Shown here: piece by piece, positions 26,301-40,774 of the stretch
Numbering within the stretch: position 1 is the stretch's first letter
Layout of the letters: every line of letters begins with the position of its first letter
Notes under the pieces: model-generated
Databases searched by the model: none
Told to the model about the DNA's origin: nothing
The model's input: only the letters and a program-made list of their open reading frames with translations
From: Eledone cirrhosa
Lineage: Eukaryota
Length of the DNA stretch: 64,000 bases
Assembly: GCA_964016885.1 (NCBI GenBank)
Contig: OZ024742.1
Span: 218,054,001-218,118,000 of the forward strand
Direction of reading: 5' to 3'
Position numbers and translations under genes: made by a program

Positions 26301-29300
26301 CCACCTCCGCTGTAAACACCACCACCACTGTAAACAATACCACCACGACCACTGTAAACACCACCAACACTACTGTAAACACTACCACCACCACTGTAAA
26401 CACTACCCCACCACCACTGTAAACACCACCACTATCATTGTAAGCACTACCACCACCACTGTAAACACGACCACCACCACCACTGTAAACACCACCAACA
26501 CCACTGTAAACACTACTACCACCACTATAACCACCACCACCACCACCACCACCACCACCACCACCACCACCACCACCACCACCACCACCACCACCACCAT
26601 CACCACCACCACCACTGTAAACACTACTACCACCATTGTAAACACTACCACCACCACCACTGTAAACACTACCAACACCACTGTAAACACTACCCCCACC
26701 ATCGTAAACACCACCACCACTGTAAACACCACCACAACCACTGTAAACACTACCACCACCATTGTAAACACTACCAACACCACTGTAAACACTACCCCCA
26801 CCATCGTAAACACCACCACCACTGTAAACACTACCACCACTACTGTAAACACCACTACCTCCACACTGTAAACACCACCACCACCACTGTAAACACCACC
26901 ACTGTAAACACTACCACCACCACAGTAAACACCACCACTGTAAACACTACTACCACCACTATAAACACCACAACCACCACCACTGTAAACACCTCAACCA
27001 GCACTATAAAAACCACCACCACCACCACTGTAAACACTAACACCACCACTGTAAACAATACCACCACCAATGTAAACACTACCACCACCACTCTAAACAC
27101 CACCACGCTAAACACCACAACCACTGTAAACACTACCACCACCTTTGTAAACATCACCACCCCCATTGTAAACACTACTACCACCACAGTAAACTCCCCC
27201 ACCACAACTGTAAACACTACCACCACCACCAGTGTAAGCACTACCACCACCACTTTAAACATTACCACCACCATTGTAAACACTACCACCCCACCACTGT
27301 AAAAACCACCACCGCCACTGTAAACACTACCACCACCACTATAAAAACCACCACCACCACTGTAAACACTACCACCACCATTGTAAACACTACCACCACC
27401 ACTATTAAAACCACCAATACCACTGTAAACACTACCACCGCCACTGTAAACACTACCACCACCACTATAAAAACCACCACCACCACTGTAAACACTACCA
27501 CCACCATCGTAAACACTACCACCACCTTTGTAAACATCACCACCACCACTGTAAACACTACTGCCACCACTGTAAGCACTACCACCACCACCACTGTAAA
27601 CAGCACCACCACTGTAAACACTACCAACACCACTTTAAACACCACCACCATAAACACCACTGCCACCACTGTAAACACGACGACCATTGTAAACACTTCC
27701 ACAACCACTGTAAACACTACCACCAAAACCACTGTAAACCCCGCCGCCACCACTGTAAACACTACCACCAACATTGTAAACACTACCACCACCACTGTAA
27801 ACACCACCAACACCACTGTAAACACTACCACCACCTCTGTAAATATTACCACCACCACTGGAAACACTTTCGCCACCACCACTGTATACACCACCACCAC
27901 CACTGTAAACACCACCACCCTCACTGTAAACACCACCACTGTAAACACCACCACTGTAAACACCACCATTGTAAACACTACTACCACCACTATAAACACC
28001 ACCACTCTAAACACTACTACCACCACTATAAACACCACCACATCCACCACTGTAAACACTACAACCAGCACTATAAACACCACCACCACTACTGTAAACA
28101 CTACCACCACCAATGTAAACATCACCACCACCACTGTAAACACTACCACCACAACTGTAAACACCACCACTGTAAACACTAACACCACCATGTAAACACT
28201 ACGACCACCAATGTAAACACCATCACCACTATTGTAAACACTACCAGCTCCACTGTAAACACTACCACCACCACTGTAAATACTACCACCACCACTGTAA
28301 ACACTACCAACAACACTGTAAACATCACCACTCTAAACACTACTACCACCACTGTAAACATTACCACCACCACCTTAAACACTACCACCACCACCACTGT
28401 AAACAATACAACCGCCACTGTAAACACCCCACCCCACTGTAAAAACCACCACCACCACTGTAAACACTACCACCTCCGCTGTAAACACCACCACCACTGT
28501 AAACAATACCACCACGACCACTGTAAACACCACCAACACTACTGTAAACACTACCACCACCACTGTAAACACTACCCCACCACCACTGTAAACACCACCA
28601 CTATCATTGTAAGCACTACCACCACCACTGTAAACACGACCACCACCACCACTGTAAACACCACCAACACCACTGTAAACACTACTACCACCACTATAAC
28701 CACCACCACCACCACCACCACCACCACCACCACCACCACCACCACCACCACCACCACCACCACCACCATCACCACCACCACCACTGTAAACACTACTACC
28801 ACCATTGTAAACACTACCACCACCACCACTGTAAACACTACCAACACCACTGTAAACACTACCCCCACCATCGTAAACACCACCACCACTGTAAACACCA
28901 CCACAACCACTGTAAACACTACCACCACCATTGTAAACACTACCAACACCACTGTAAACACTACCCCCACCATCGTAAACACCACCACCACTGTAAACAC
29001 TACCACCACTACTGTAAACACCACTACCTCCACACTGTAAACACCACCACCACCACTGTAAACACCACCACTGTAAACACTACCACCACCACAGTAAACA
29101 CCACCACTGTAAACACTACTACCACCACTATAAACACCACAACCACCACCACTGTAAACACCTCAACCAGCACTATAAAAACCACCACCACCACCACTGT
29201 AAACACTAACACCACCACTGTAAACAATACCACCACCAATGTAAACACTACCACCACCACTCTAAACACCACCACGCTAAACACCACAACCACTGTAAAC

Positions 29301-32300
29301 ACTACCACCACCTTTGTAAACATCACCACCCCCATTGTAAACACTACTACCACCACAGTAAACTCCCCCACCACAACTGTAAACACTACCACCACCACCA
29401 GTGTAAGCACTACCACCACCACTTTAAACATTACCACCACCATTGTAAACACTACCACCCCACCACTGTAAAAACCACCACCGCCACTGTAAACACTACC
29501 ACCACCACTATAAAAACCACCACCACCACTGTAAACACTACCACCACCATTGTAAACACTACCACCACCACTATTAAAACCACCAATACCACTGTAAACA
29601 CTACCACCGCCACTGTAAACACTACCACCACCACTATAAAAACCACCACCACCACTGTAAACACTACCACCACCATCGTAAACACTACCACCACCTTTGT
29701 AAACATCACCACCACCACTGTAAACACTACTGCCACCACTGTAAGCACTACCACCACCACCACTGTAAACAGCACCACCACTGTAAACACTACCAACACC
29801 ACTTTAAACACCACCACCATAAACACCACTGCCACCACTGTAAACACGACGACCATTGTAAACACTTCCACAACCACTGTAAACACTACCACCAAAACCA
29901 CTGTAAACCCCGCCGCCACCACTGTAAACACTACCACCAACATTGTAAACACTACCACCACCACTGTAAACACCACCAACACCACTGTAAACACTACCAC
30001 CACCTCTGTAAATATTACCACCACCACTGGAAACACTTTCGCCACCACCACTGTATACACCACCACCACCACTGTAAACACCACCACCCTCACTGTAAAC
30101 ACCACCACTGTAAACACCACCACTGTAAACACCACCATTGTAAACACTACTACCACCACTATAAACACCACCACTCTAAACACTACTACCACCACTATAA
30201 ACACCACCACATCCACCACTGTAAACACTACAACCAGCACTATAAACACCACCACCACTACTGTAAACACTACCACCACCAATGTAAACATCACCACCAC
30301 CACTGTAAACACTACCACCACAACTGTAAACACCACCACTGTAAACACTAACACCACCATGTAAACACTACGACCACCAATGTAAACACCATCACCACTA
30401 TTGTAAACACTACCAGCTCCACTGTAAACACTACCACCACCACTGTAAATACTACCACCACCACTGTAAACACTACCAACAACACTGTAAACATCACCAC
30501 TGTAAACACTACCACCACCACCATTGTAAATACTACCATCACCACTCCAAGCACTAACACCACCACCACTGTAAACACTACAACCATCACTATAAAGACC
30601 ACCACCACTACTGTAAACACTACCACCACCAATGTAAATCTCACCACCACCACTGTAAACACTACCACCACCACTGTAAACACCACCACCACCATCACTG
30701 TAAACACTACCACCACGATTGTAAACACCACCACCACTGTAAACACTACCACCACCAGTGTATACACTACCACCACCACCACCACCACTGTAAACACTAC
30801 CACCACCACTGTAAACACCACCACCACTGTAAACACTACCACCACCACTGTAAACACTACCACCACCACTGTAAACACCACCCCCACTACTGTAAACACT
30901 ACCACCACCCCTGTAAACACTACCACCACGACTGTAAACACCACCACCACTGTAAACACTACCACCACCACTGTAAACACCACCACAACTGTAAACACTA
31001 CCAACACCACTGTAAACACTACCACCACCACTGTAAACACCACCACCACTGTAAACACCACCACCACTGTAAACACTACTACCACCACCACCACTGTAAA
31101 CACTACCACCACCACTGTAAACACCACCACCACTATAAACACTAACACAACTGAAATAACCATCACCACTGTAAACACTACCACCACCACTGTAAACACT
31201 ACCACCACCACTGTATACACTACCACCACCACCACCACCACCACCACCACCACCACCACCACTATAAACACCTCCACCACCACTGTAAACACTACCACCA
31301 CCACTCACTGTAAACACTACCACCACCACTGTAAACACCCCCCACTACTGTAAACACTACCACCACCCTTGTAAACACTACCACCACCACCACTGTAAAC
31401 ACCACCACCACTGTAAACACTGCAACCACCACTGTAAACACTACCACCACCACCACTGTAAACACTAACACCACCACTGTAAACACCTCCACCACCACTG
31501 TAAACACTACCACCACCACTGTAAACACTACCACCACCACTGTAAACACCACCACCACTTTAAACACCACCACCACCACCACTGTAAACATTACCACCAC
31601 CACTGTGAACACTACCACCACCACTGTAAACACTAACACCACCACTGTAAACACTACCACCACTACTGTAAACACTACCACCACCACCACTGTAAACACC
31701 ACCACCACTTTAAAGACCACCACCACCACTGTAAACATTACCACCACCACTGTAAACATTACCACCACCACCACTGTAAACACTACCACCGCCACTGTAA
31801 ACACTACCACCACCACCACCACTGTAAACACTACCAACTCCACTGTAAACACTACCACCACCACTGTAAACACCACCACCACTTTAAACACCACCACCAC
31901 CACTGTAAACATTACCACCACCACTGTAAACATTACCACCACCACTGTAAACACTACCACCACCACTGTAAACACCACCACCACTTTAAACAACACCACC
32001 ACCACTGTAAACATTACCACCACCACTGTAAACATTACCACCACCACTGTAAACACTACCACCACCACTGTAAACACCACCACCACTTTAAAGACCACCA
32101 CCACCACTGTAAACACCACCACCACTTTAAAGACCACCACCACCACTGTAAACATTACCACCACCACTGTAAACATTACCACCACCACCACTGTAAACAC
32201 TACCAACTCCACTGTAAACACTACCAACTCCACTGTAAACACTACCACCACCACTGTAAACACCACCACCACTTTAAACACCACCACCACCACTGTAAAC

Positions 32301-35300
32301 ATTACCACCACCACTGTAAACATTACCACCACCACTGTAAACACTACCACCACCACTGTAAACACCACCACCACTTTAAACAACACCACCACCACTGTAA
32401 ACATTACCACCACCACTGTAAACATTACCACCACCACTGTAAACACTACCACCACCACTTTAAACAACACCACCACCACTGTAAACATTACCACCACCAC
32501 TGTAAACATTACCACCACCACTGTAAACATTACCACCACCCCTGTAAACACTACCAACACCACTTTAAACACCACCACCACCACTGTAAACATTACCACC
32601 ACCACTGTAAACATTACCACCACCACTGTAAACACTACCAACTCCACTGTAAACACTACCACCGCCACTGTAACCACCACCACCACTGTAAACACTACCA
32701 CCACCACCACTGTAAACACTACCAACACCACTGTAAACACTACCACCACCACCACTGTAAACACTACCAACACCACTGTAAACACTACCAACACCACTGT
32801 AAACACTACCAACACCACTGTAAACACTACCAACACCACTGTAAACACTACCACCACCACCACTGTAAAAACTACCAACACCACTGTAAACACTACCACC
32901 ACCACTGTAAACACTACCAACACCACTGTAAACACTACCACCACCACCACTGTAAACACTACCAACACCACTGTAAACACTACCACCACCACCACTGTAA
33001 ACACTACCAACACCGCTGTAAACACTACCACCACCACTGTAAACACTACCAACACCACTGTAAACACTACCAACACCACTGTAAACACTACCAACACCAC
33101 TGTAAACACCACCACCACCACTGTAAACACTACCACCACCACCACTGTAAACACTACCAACACCACTGTAAACACTACCACCACCACCACCACTGTAAAC
33201 ACTACCAACACCACTGTAAACACTACCAACACCACTGTAAACACTACCAACACCACTGTAAACACTACCAACACCACTGTAAACACTACCACCACCACCA
33301 CTGTAAAAACTACCAACACCACTGTAAACACTACCACCACCACTGTAAACACTACCAACACCACTGTAAACACTACCACCACCACCACTGTAAACACTAC
33401 CAACACCACTGTAAACACTACCACCACCACTGTAAACACTACCAACACCACTGTAAACACTACCAACACCACTGTAAACACTACCAACACCACTGTAAAC
33501 ACTACCAACACCACTGTAAACACTACCAACACCACTGTAAACACTACCACCACCACTGTAAACACTACCAACACCACTGTAAACACTACCAACACCACTG
33601 TAAACACTACCAACACCACTGTAAACACTACCACCACCACTGTAAACACTACCAACACCACTGTAAACACTACCAACACCACTGTAAACACTACCAACAC
33701 CACTGTAAACACTACCACCACCACTGTAAACACTACCAACACCACTGTAAACACCACCACCACCACTGTAAACACTACCAACACCACTGTAAACACTACC
33801 AACACCACTGTAAACACTACCAACACCACTGTAAACACTACCAACACCACTGTAAACACTACCACCACCACTGTAAACACTACCACCACCACTGTAAACA
33901 CTACCACCACCACTGTAAACACTACCAACACCACTGTAAACACTACCACCACCACCACTGTAAACACTACCAACACCACTGTAAACACAACCACCACCAC
34001 CACTGTAAACACTACCAACACCACTGTAAACACTACCACCACCACTGTAAACACTACCACCACCACTGTAAACACTACCACCACCACTGTAAACACTACC
34101 ACCACCACTGTAAACACTACCAACACCACTGTAAACACTACCAACACCACTGTAAACACTACCAACACCACTGTAAACACCACCACCACCACTGTAAACA
34201 CTACCAACACCACTGTAAACACTACCAACACCACTGTAAACACTACCAACACCACTGTAAACACTACCAACACCACTGTAAACACTACCACCACCACCAC
34301 TGTAAACACTACCAACACCACTGTAAACACTACCAACACCACTGTAAACACTACCAACACCACTGTAAACACTACCACCACCACTGTAAACACTACCACC
34401 ACCACTGTAAACACTACCAACACCACTGTAAACACTACCAACACCACTGTAAACACTACCACCACCACCACTGTAAACACTACCAACACCACTGTAAACA
34501 CTACCAACACCACTGTAAACACTACCAACACCACTGTAAACACTACCACCACCACTGTAAACACTACCACCACCACTGTAAACACTACCAACACCACTGT
34601 AAACACTACCAACACCACTGTAAACACTACCACCACCACCACTGTAAACACTACCAACACCACTGTAAACACTACCAACACCACTGTAAACACTACCAAC
34701 ACCACTGTAAACACTACCAACACCACTGTAAACACTACCAACACCACTGTAAACACTACCAACACCACTGTAAACACCACCACCACCACTGTAAACACTA
34801 CCAACACCACTGTAAACACTACCAACACCACTGTAAACACTACCAACACCACTGTAAACACTACCAACACCACTGTAAACACTACCAACACCACTGTAAA
34901 CACTACCACCACCACCACTGTAAACACTACCAACACCACTGTAAACACTACCAACACCACTGTAAACACTACCAACACCACTGTAAACACTACCAACACC
35001 ACTGTAAACACTACCAACACCACTGTAAACACTACCACCACCACTGTAAACACTACCAACACCACTGTAAACACTACCACCACCACCACTGTAAACACTA
35101 CCAACACCACTGTAAACACAACCACCACCACCACTGTAAACACTACCAACACCACTGTAAACACTACCACCACCACTGTAAACACTACCACCACCACTGT
35201 AAACACTACCACCACCACTGTAAACACTACCACCACCACTGTAAACACTACCACCACCACTGTAAACACTACCAACACCACTGTAAACACTACCAACACC

Positions 35301-35741
35301 ACTGTAAACACCACCACCACCACTGTAAACACTACCAACACCACTGTAAACACTACCAACACCACTGTAAACACTACCAACACCACTGTAAACACTACCA
35401 ACACCACTGTAAACACTACCACCACCACCACTGTAAACACTACCAACACCACTGTAAACACTACCAACACCACTGTAAACACTACCAACACCACTGTAAA
35501 CACTACCACCACCACTGTAAACACTACCACCACCACTGTAAACACTACCACCACCACTGTAAACACTACCACCACCACTGTAAACACTACCAACACCACT
35601 GTAAACACTACCAACACCACTGTAAACACTACCAACACCACTGTAAACACCACCACCACCACTGTAAACACTACCAACACCACTGTAACCACCACCACCA
35701 CCACTGTAAATACCACCACCACTGTAAACACCACCACCACA
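17375..35741. repeat. ~18 kb tandem array of ACTGTAAAC(ACT)(ACC)n units, mostly 12-21 bp
   Basis: Directly visible. Diverged with higher-order duplications at 17.4-31.3 kb; homogeneous 18-bp units at ~32.7-35.7 kb. Confidence 0.97.
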
Positions 35742-35787
35742 AGCTCTGATGCACGTGTCGCCACCTGTATCACATTATAACAACGTT

Positions 35788-35957
35788 AATGATGACGATG
35801 ACGATTATTATGATGATGATGATGACTGTGATGATGATGATGATGATGGTGATGGTGATGATGATGATGGCGGTGGTGGTTGTAGTTGTGGTAATGATAG
35901 TGATGATGATGACTATGATGATGATGATGGTGGTGATGATGGTGACGATTATGACTG

Positions 35958-35989
<32 letters not shown>

Positions 35990-36169
35990 GCGGTGGTGGT
36001 GGTGATGGTGATGACTGTGATGATGCTGATGATGATGGTCCTGATGATGATGATGGTGGTGACGATTATGACTGTAATGATGATGATGATGATGATAGCG
36101 GTGATGGTGGTGATGGTGATGATGATGACTATGATGACGAGGATGATGATCATGATAATGGTGATGTTT

Positions 36170-36200
<31 letters not shown>

Positions 36201-36305
36201 CTCTGATGATGCTGATGATGATGGTGCTGATGATGATGATGGTGGTGGTGGTGATGATGATGATGATGATGATGACTGTGATGATGCTGATGATGATGAC
36301 GATTG

Positions 36306-36336
<31 letters not shown>
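35788..36336. repeat. Imperfect (GAT)n/(GGT)n microsatellite
   Basis: Directly visible. Confidence 0.95.
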
Positions 36337-36337
<1 letters not shown>

Positions 36338-36465
36338 GCAGTGAGGACAGCCTTATGGACGACATCAACTGCACTGCTGTTACTGGTGCAAGTCACTGCA
36401 ATTATGAATGCACTACCACTAGTTGGTTGTTAAATTGCAGTCGGAGTAAACACAGCTGGAGAAAT

Positions 36466-36920
36466 ACCACCAGCACTAGCACCAGCACCACTACCACCGC
36501 CAGCAGCAGCAGCAGCAGCAGCAGCATCACCACCACCACCACCACCACTACCACTACTACCACCACCACCACCACCACCACCACCACCACCACCACCACC
36601 ACCACCACCACCACCACCACTAATGGCAACAACAATTACAAGAACACAACTAATACCATCACTATTAGTACCACCAACACTACCACCACCACCACCACCA
36701 CCACCACCACCACTACCACCACCACTACCACCACCACCACCACCACCACCACCACCACCACCACCACCACCACCACCACCACCACCACGCCCATCACTAA
36801 TGGCAACAACAAAACAACTAATACCATCACTATTAAGACCACAACACTACCAACACGACCACTACCACCATCACTACCACCACCACCACCACCACCACCA
36901 CCACCACCACCACCACCACT
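36466..36920. repeat. (ACC)n-rich microsatellite with a duplicated taatggcaacaac...taataccatcactatta island
   Basis: Directly visible. Confidence 0.9.
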
Positions 36921-36949
36921 ACTGATATTATTTGTGTGACAGGTATCAT

Positions 36950-39210
36950 TGGTGGTGGTAGTGGTTATAGTGATAGTGGTGATGGTGGTAGTGGTTAAAG
37001 TCAAGGTGGTGATTTGATCGTGGTGGTGTTTGTAGTGGTTAAAGTCACAGTGGTGATGTTGATAGTGGTGGTGGTAGTGGTTATAGGGGCAGTGGTAATG
37101 GTGGTGGTGGTGGTAGTGGTTATAGTGGTGTTGGTGTTTGTGGTGGTAGTGGTTATAGGGGCAGTGGTAATGGTGGTGGTGGTGGTGGTAGTGGTTATAG
37201 TGGTGTTGGTGTTTGTGGTGGTAGTGGTTATAGGGGCAGTGGTAATGGTGGTGGTGGTGGTAGTGGTTATAGTGGTGGTGGTGTTTGTGGTGGTAGTGGT
37301 TATAGGGGCAGTGGTAATGGTGGTGGTGGTGGTAGTGGTTATAGTGGTGGTGGTGTTTGTGGTGGTAGTGGTTATAGGGGCAGTGGTAATGGTGGTGGTG
37401 GTGGTAGTGGTTATAGTGGTGGTGGTGTTTGTGGTGGTAGTGGTTATAGGGGCAGTGGTAATGGTGGTGGTGGTGGTAGTGGTTATAGTGGTGGTGGTGT
37501 TTGTGGTGGTAGTGGTTATAGGGGCAGTGGTAATGGTGGTGGTGGTGGTAGTGGTTATAGTGGTGGTGGTGTTTGTGGTGGTAGTGGTTATAGGGGCAGT
37601 GGTAATGGTGGTGGTGTTTGTAGTGGTGGTGGTAGTGGTTACAGTGGCAGTGGTAATGGTGGTGATGGTGGTAGTGGTTATAGTGGTGGTGGTGGTGTTT
37701 GTAGTGGTGGTGGTAGTGGTTAAAGTCACAGTGGTGATGTTGATAGTGGTGGTGGTAGTGGTTATAGAGGCAGTGGTAATGGTGGTGGTGTTTGTAGTGG
37801 TAGTGGTAGTGGTTATAGTAGCAGTGGTAATGGTGGTGGTGTTTGTAGTGGTAGTGGTAGTGGTTATAGAGGCAGTGGTAATGGTGGTGGTGTTTGTAGT
37901 GGTAGTGGTAGTGGTTATAGTAGCAGTGGTAATGGTGGTGGTGTTTGTAGTGGTAGTGGTAGTGGTTATAGAGGCAGTGGTAATGGTGGTGGTGTTTGTA
38001 GTGGTAGTGGTAGTGGTTATAGTAGCAGTGGTAATGGTGGGGGTGTTTGTAGTGGTGGTGGTAGTGGTTACAGTGGCAGTGGTAATGGTGGTGATGGTGG
38101 TAGTGGTTATAGTGGTGGTGGTGTTTGTAGTGGTGGTGGTAGTGGTTATAGTGGCAGTGGTAATGGTGGTGGTGTTTGTAGTGGTGGTGGTAGTGGTTAA
38201 AGTCACAGTGGTGATGTTGATAGTGGTGGTGGTAGTGGTTATAGAGGCAGTGGTAATGGTGGTGGTGTTTGTAGTGGTAGTGGTAGTGGTTATAGTAGCA
38301 GTGGTAATGGTGGTGGTGTTTGTAGTGGTAGTGGTAGTGGTTATAGAGGCAGTGGTAATGGTGGTGGTGTTTGTAGTGGTAGTGGTAGTGGTTATAGTAG
38401 CAGTGGTAATGGTGGTGGTGTTTGTAGTGGTAGTGGTAGTGGTTATAGAGGCAGTGGTAATGGTGGTGGTGTTTGTAGTGGTAGTGGTAGTGGTTATAGT
38501 AGCAGTGGTAATGGTGGGGGTGTTTGTAGTGGTGGTGGTAGTGGTTACAGTGGCAGTGGTAATGGTGGTGATGGTGGTAGTGGTTATAGTGGTGGTGGTG
38601 TTTGTAGTGGTGGTGGTAGTGGTTATAGTGGCAGTGGTAATGGTGGTGGTGTTTGTAGTGGTGGTGGTAGTGGTTAAAGTCACAGTGGTGATGTTGATAG
38701 TGGTGGTGTTTGTAGTGGTGGTGGTACTTGTTATAGTGGCAGTGGTGATGGTGGTAGTGGTTATAGTGGTGTTGGTGTTTGTGGTGGTAGTGGTTATAGT
38801 GGCAGTGGTAATGGTGGTGGTGTTTGCAGTAGTGGTGGTAGTGGTTATAGTGGCAGTGGTAATGGTGGTGGTGTTTGTAGTGGTAGTGGTAGTGGTTATA
38901 GTGGCAGTGGTAATGGTGGTGATGGTGGTAGTGGTTATAGTGGTGGTGGTGTTTGTGGTGGTAGTGGTTATAGTGGCAGTGGTAATGGTGGTGGTGTTTG
39001 TAGTGGTGGTGGTAGTGGTTACAGTGGCAGTGGTAATGGTGGTGGTGTTTGTAGTGGTAGTGGTAGTGGTTATAGTGGCAGTGGTGATGGTGGTGGTGTT
39101 TGTAGTGGTGGTGGTAGTGGTTACAGTGGCAGTGGTAATGGTGGTGGTGTTTGTAGTGGTAGTGGTAGTGGTTATAGTGGCAGTGGTAATGGTGGTAGTG
39201 GTGGTGGTGG
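36950..39210. repeat. GGT-rich minisatellite with 72-bp and 51-bp units and a 477-bp higher-order repeat
   Basis: ttataggggcagtgg recurs every ~72 bp at 37081-37600; ttaaagtcacagtgg occurs at 37720, 38197 and 38674. Confidence 0.92.
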
Positions 39211-39281
39211 TGAAGGTGGAAGTGTTAGTGTCCGTAGTGGTGGCGACAAGTGGTTGTGTTTTTGCTGCTGTGGTCGGTAGC

Positions 39282-39324
<43 letters not shown>

Positions 39325-39436
39325 GTAGTAGTGGTGGTGGTGGTAACACCAGTAGGGTTTCTACATGCTTCTTCTACTCAGGATATGCAACAATCATTGA
39401 CAGAATTTGGTGGAGTGAAGTAGAGTGTTTGGATAC

Positions 39437-40585
39437 CACTACACCGCCACCACTACCGCCACCGCCACCACCGCCACCACTACTCACCCCATCACCAACA
39501 CCATCACCATCACCATCACAGTCACCACCACCTTTACCACCATCATCCCCACCCACCACCACGATCACAGCCAACACCACCACCACCACCACGTCCACTA
39601 CTACCATCACAACTCGTACCACCACCACCGCCCCCAACACCACCAACACCACCACCATCACCACCAACACCACCACCATCACAACTACCACCACCACCAC
39701 CATCAGCCACTCCATCGCCACCACAACCACCACCACCACCACCACCACCAACACCACCATATCATAGCCACCACCACCACCAACACCAACACCACCATAA
39801 CACAGCCACCACCACCACCAACACCACCACCACCATATCACAGCCAACACCACCACCACCACCACCACCACCACCACCACCACCACCACCACCACCACCA
39901 CCACCACCACCACCACCACCACCAACACCACCATAACACAGCCACCGCCACCGCCACCACCACCACCACCATATCACAGCCAACACCAACACCACCACCA
40001 CCAACACCACCATATCACAGCCACCACCACCACCACCAACACCACCAAATCACAGCCACCACCACCATATCACAGCCACCACCACCAACACCACCATATC
40101 ACAGCCACCATCACCACCACAACCACCACCACCATATCACAACCACCACCACCACCACCACCACCACCACCACCACCACCACCACCACCACCACCACCAC
40201 CAACACCACCATATCACAGCCACCACCACCACCACCACCATATCACAACCACCACCACCACCACGACCAACACCACCATATCACAGCCACCACCACCACC
40301 ACCACCATATCACAGCCACCACCACCAACACCACCATATCACAGCCACGACCACCACCATATCACAGCCACCACCACCACCACCACCACCATATCACAAC
40401 CACCACCACCACCACCACCACGACCAACACCACCATATCACAGCCACCACCACCACCACCACCACCATATCACAGCCACCACCACCAACACCACCATATC
40501 ACAGCCACCACCACGACGACGACGACCACCACCACCATCACCACCATCACCACCACCATCATATCACAGACACCACCACCATCAT
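39437..40585. repeat. ACC-rich array punctuated by accatatcacagcc
   Basis: Directly visible. Confidence 0.9.
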
Positions 40586-40589
40586 CAGC

Positions 40590-40660
40590 AATGTTGTGTT
40601 GTGTTCTTTTGTCTTTGTATTGTCCCAAATGTCCTGTGTCCTTGTGGCTAATAAAAGTAA
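40590..40660 (+). mobile_element. Isolated 3' tail of the Tx1-type LINE family
   Basis: tgtattgtcc...ccttgtggctaataaaag resembles 8707-8757 (tgtattgtcc...cccttgtggttaataaag). Confidence 0.65.
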
Positions 40661-40774
40661 TTATCCTTAGCAGTAGTAGTAGTCATAGCATCACAAACAG
40701 TAGTAGTAGTGGTTAGTGTTGTAGTAGTGGACTAACACTGTTACAATTACATATACACAATCAGAGTTATAGCT

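Noticed and set aside
17250-35773. Very long poly-Val ORFs on the minus strand
   Set aside because: Stop-free reverse reading of the ACC array; composition is implausible for a protein.
37001-39349. 782-aa Thr-rich minus-strand ORF with a signal-peptide-like poly-Leu start
   Set aside because: Starts at GTG, the Leu run is a (CTA)n microsatellite, and the unique islands make more sense on the + strand.
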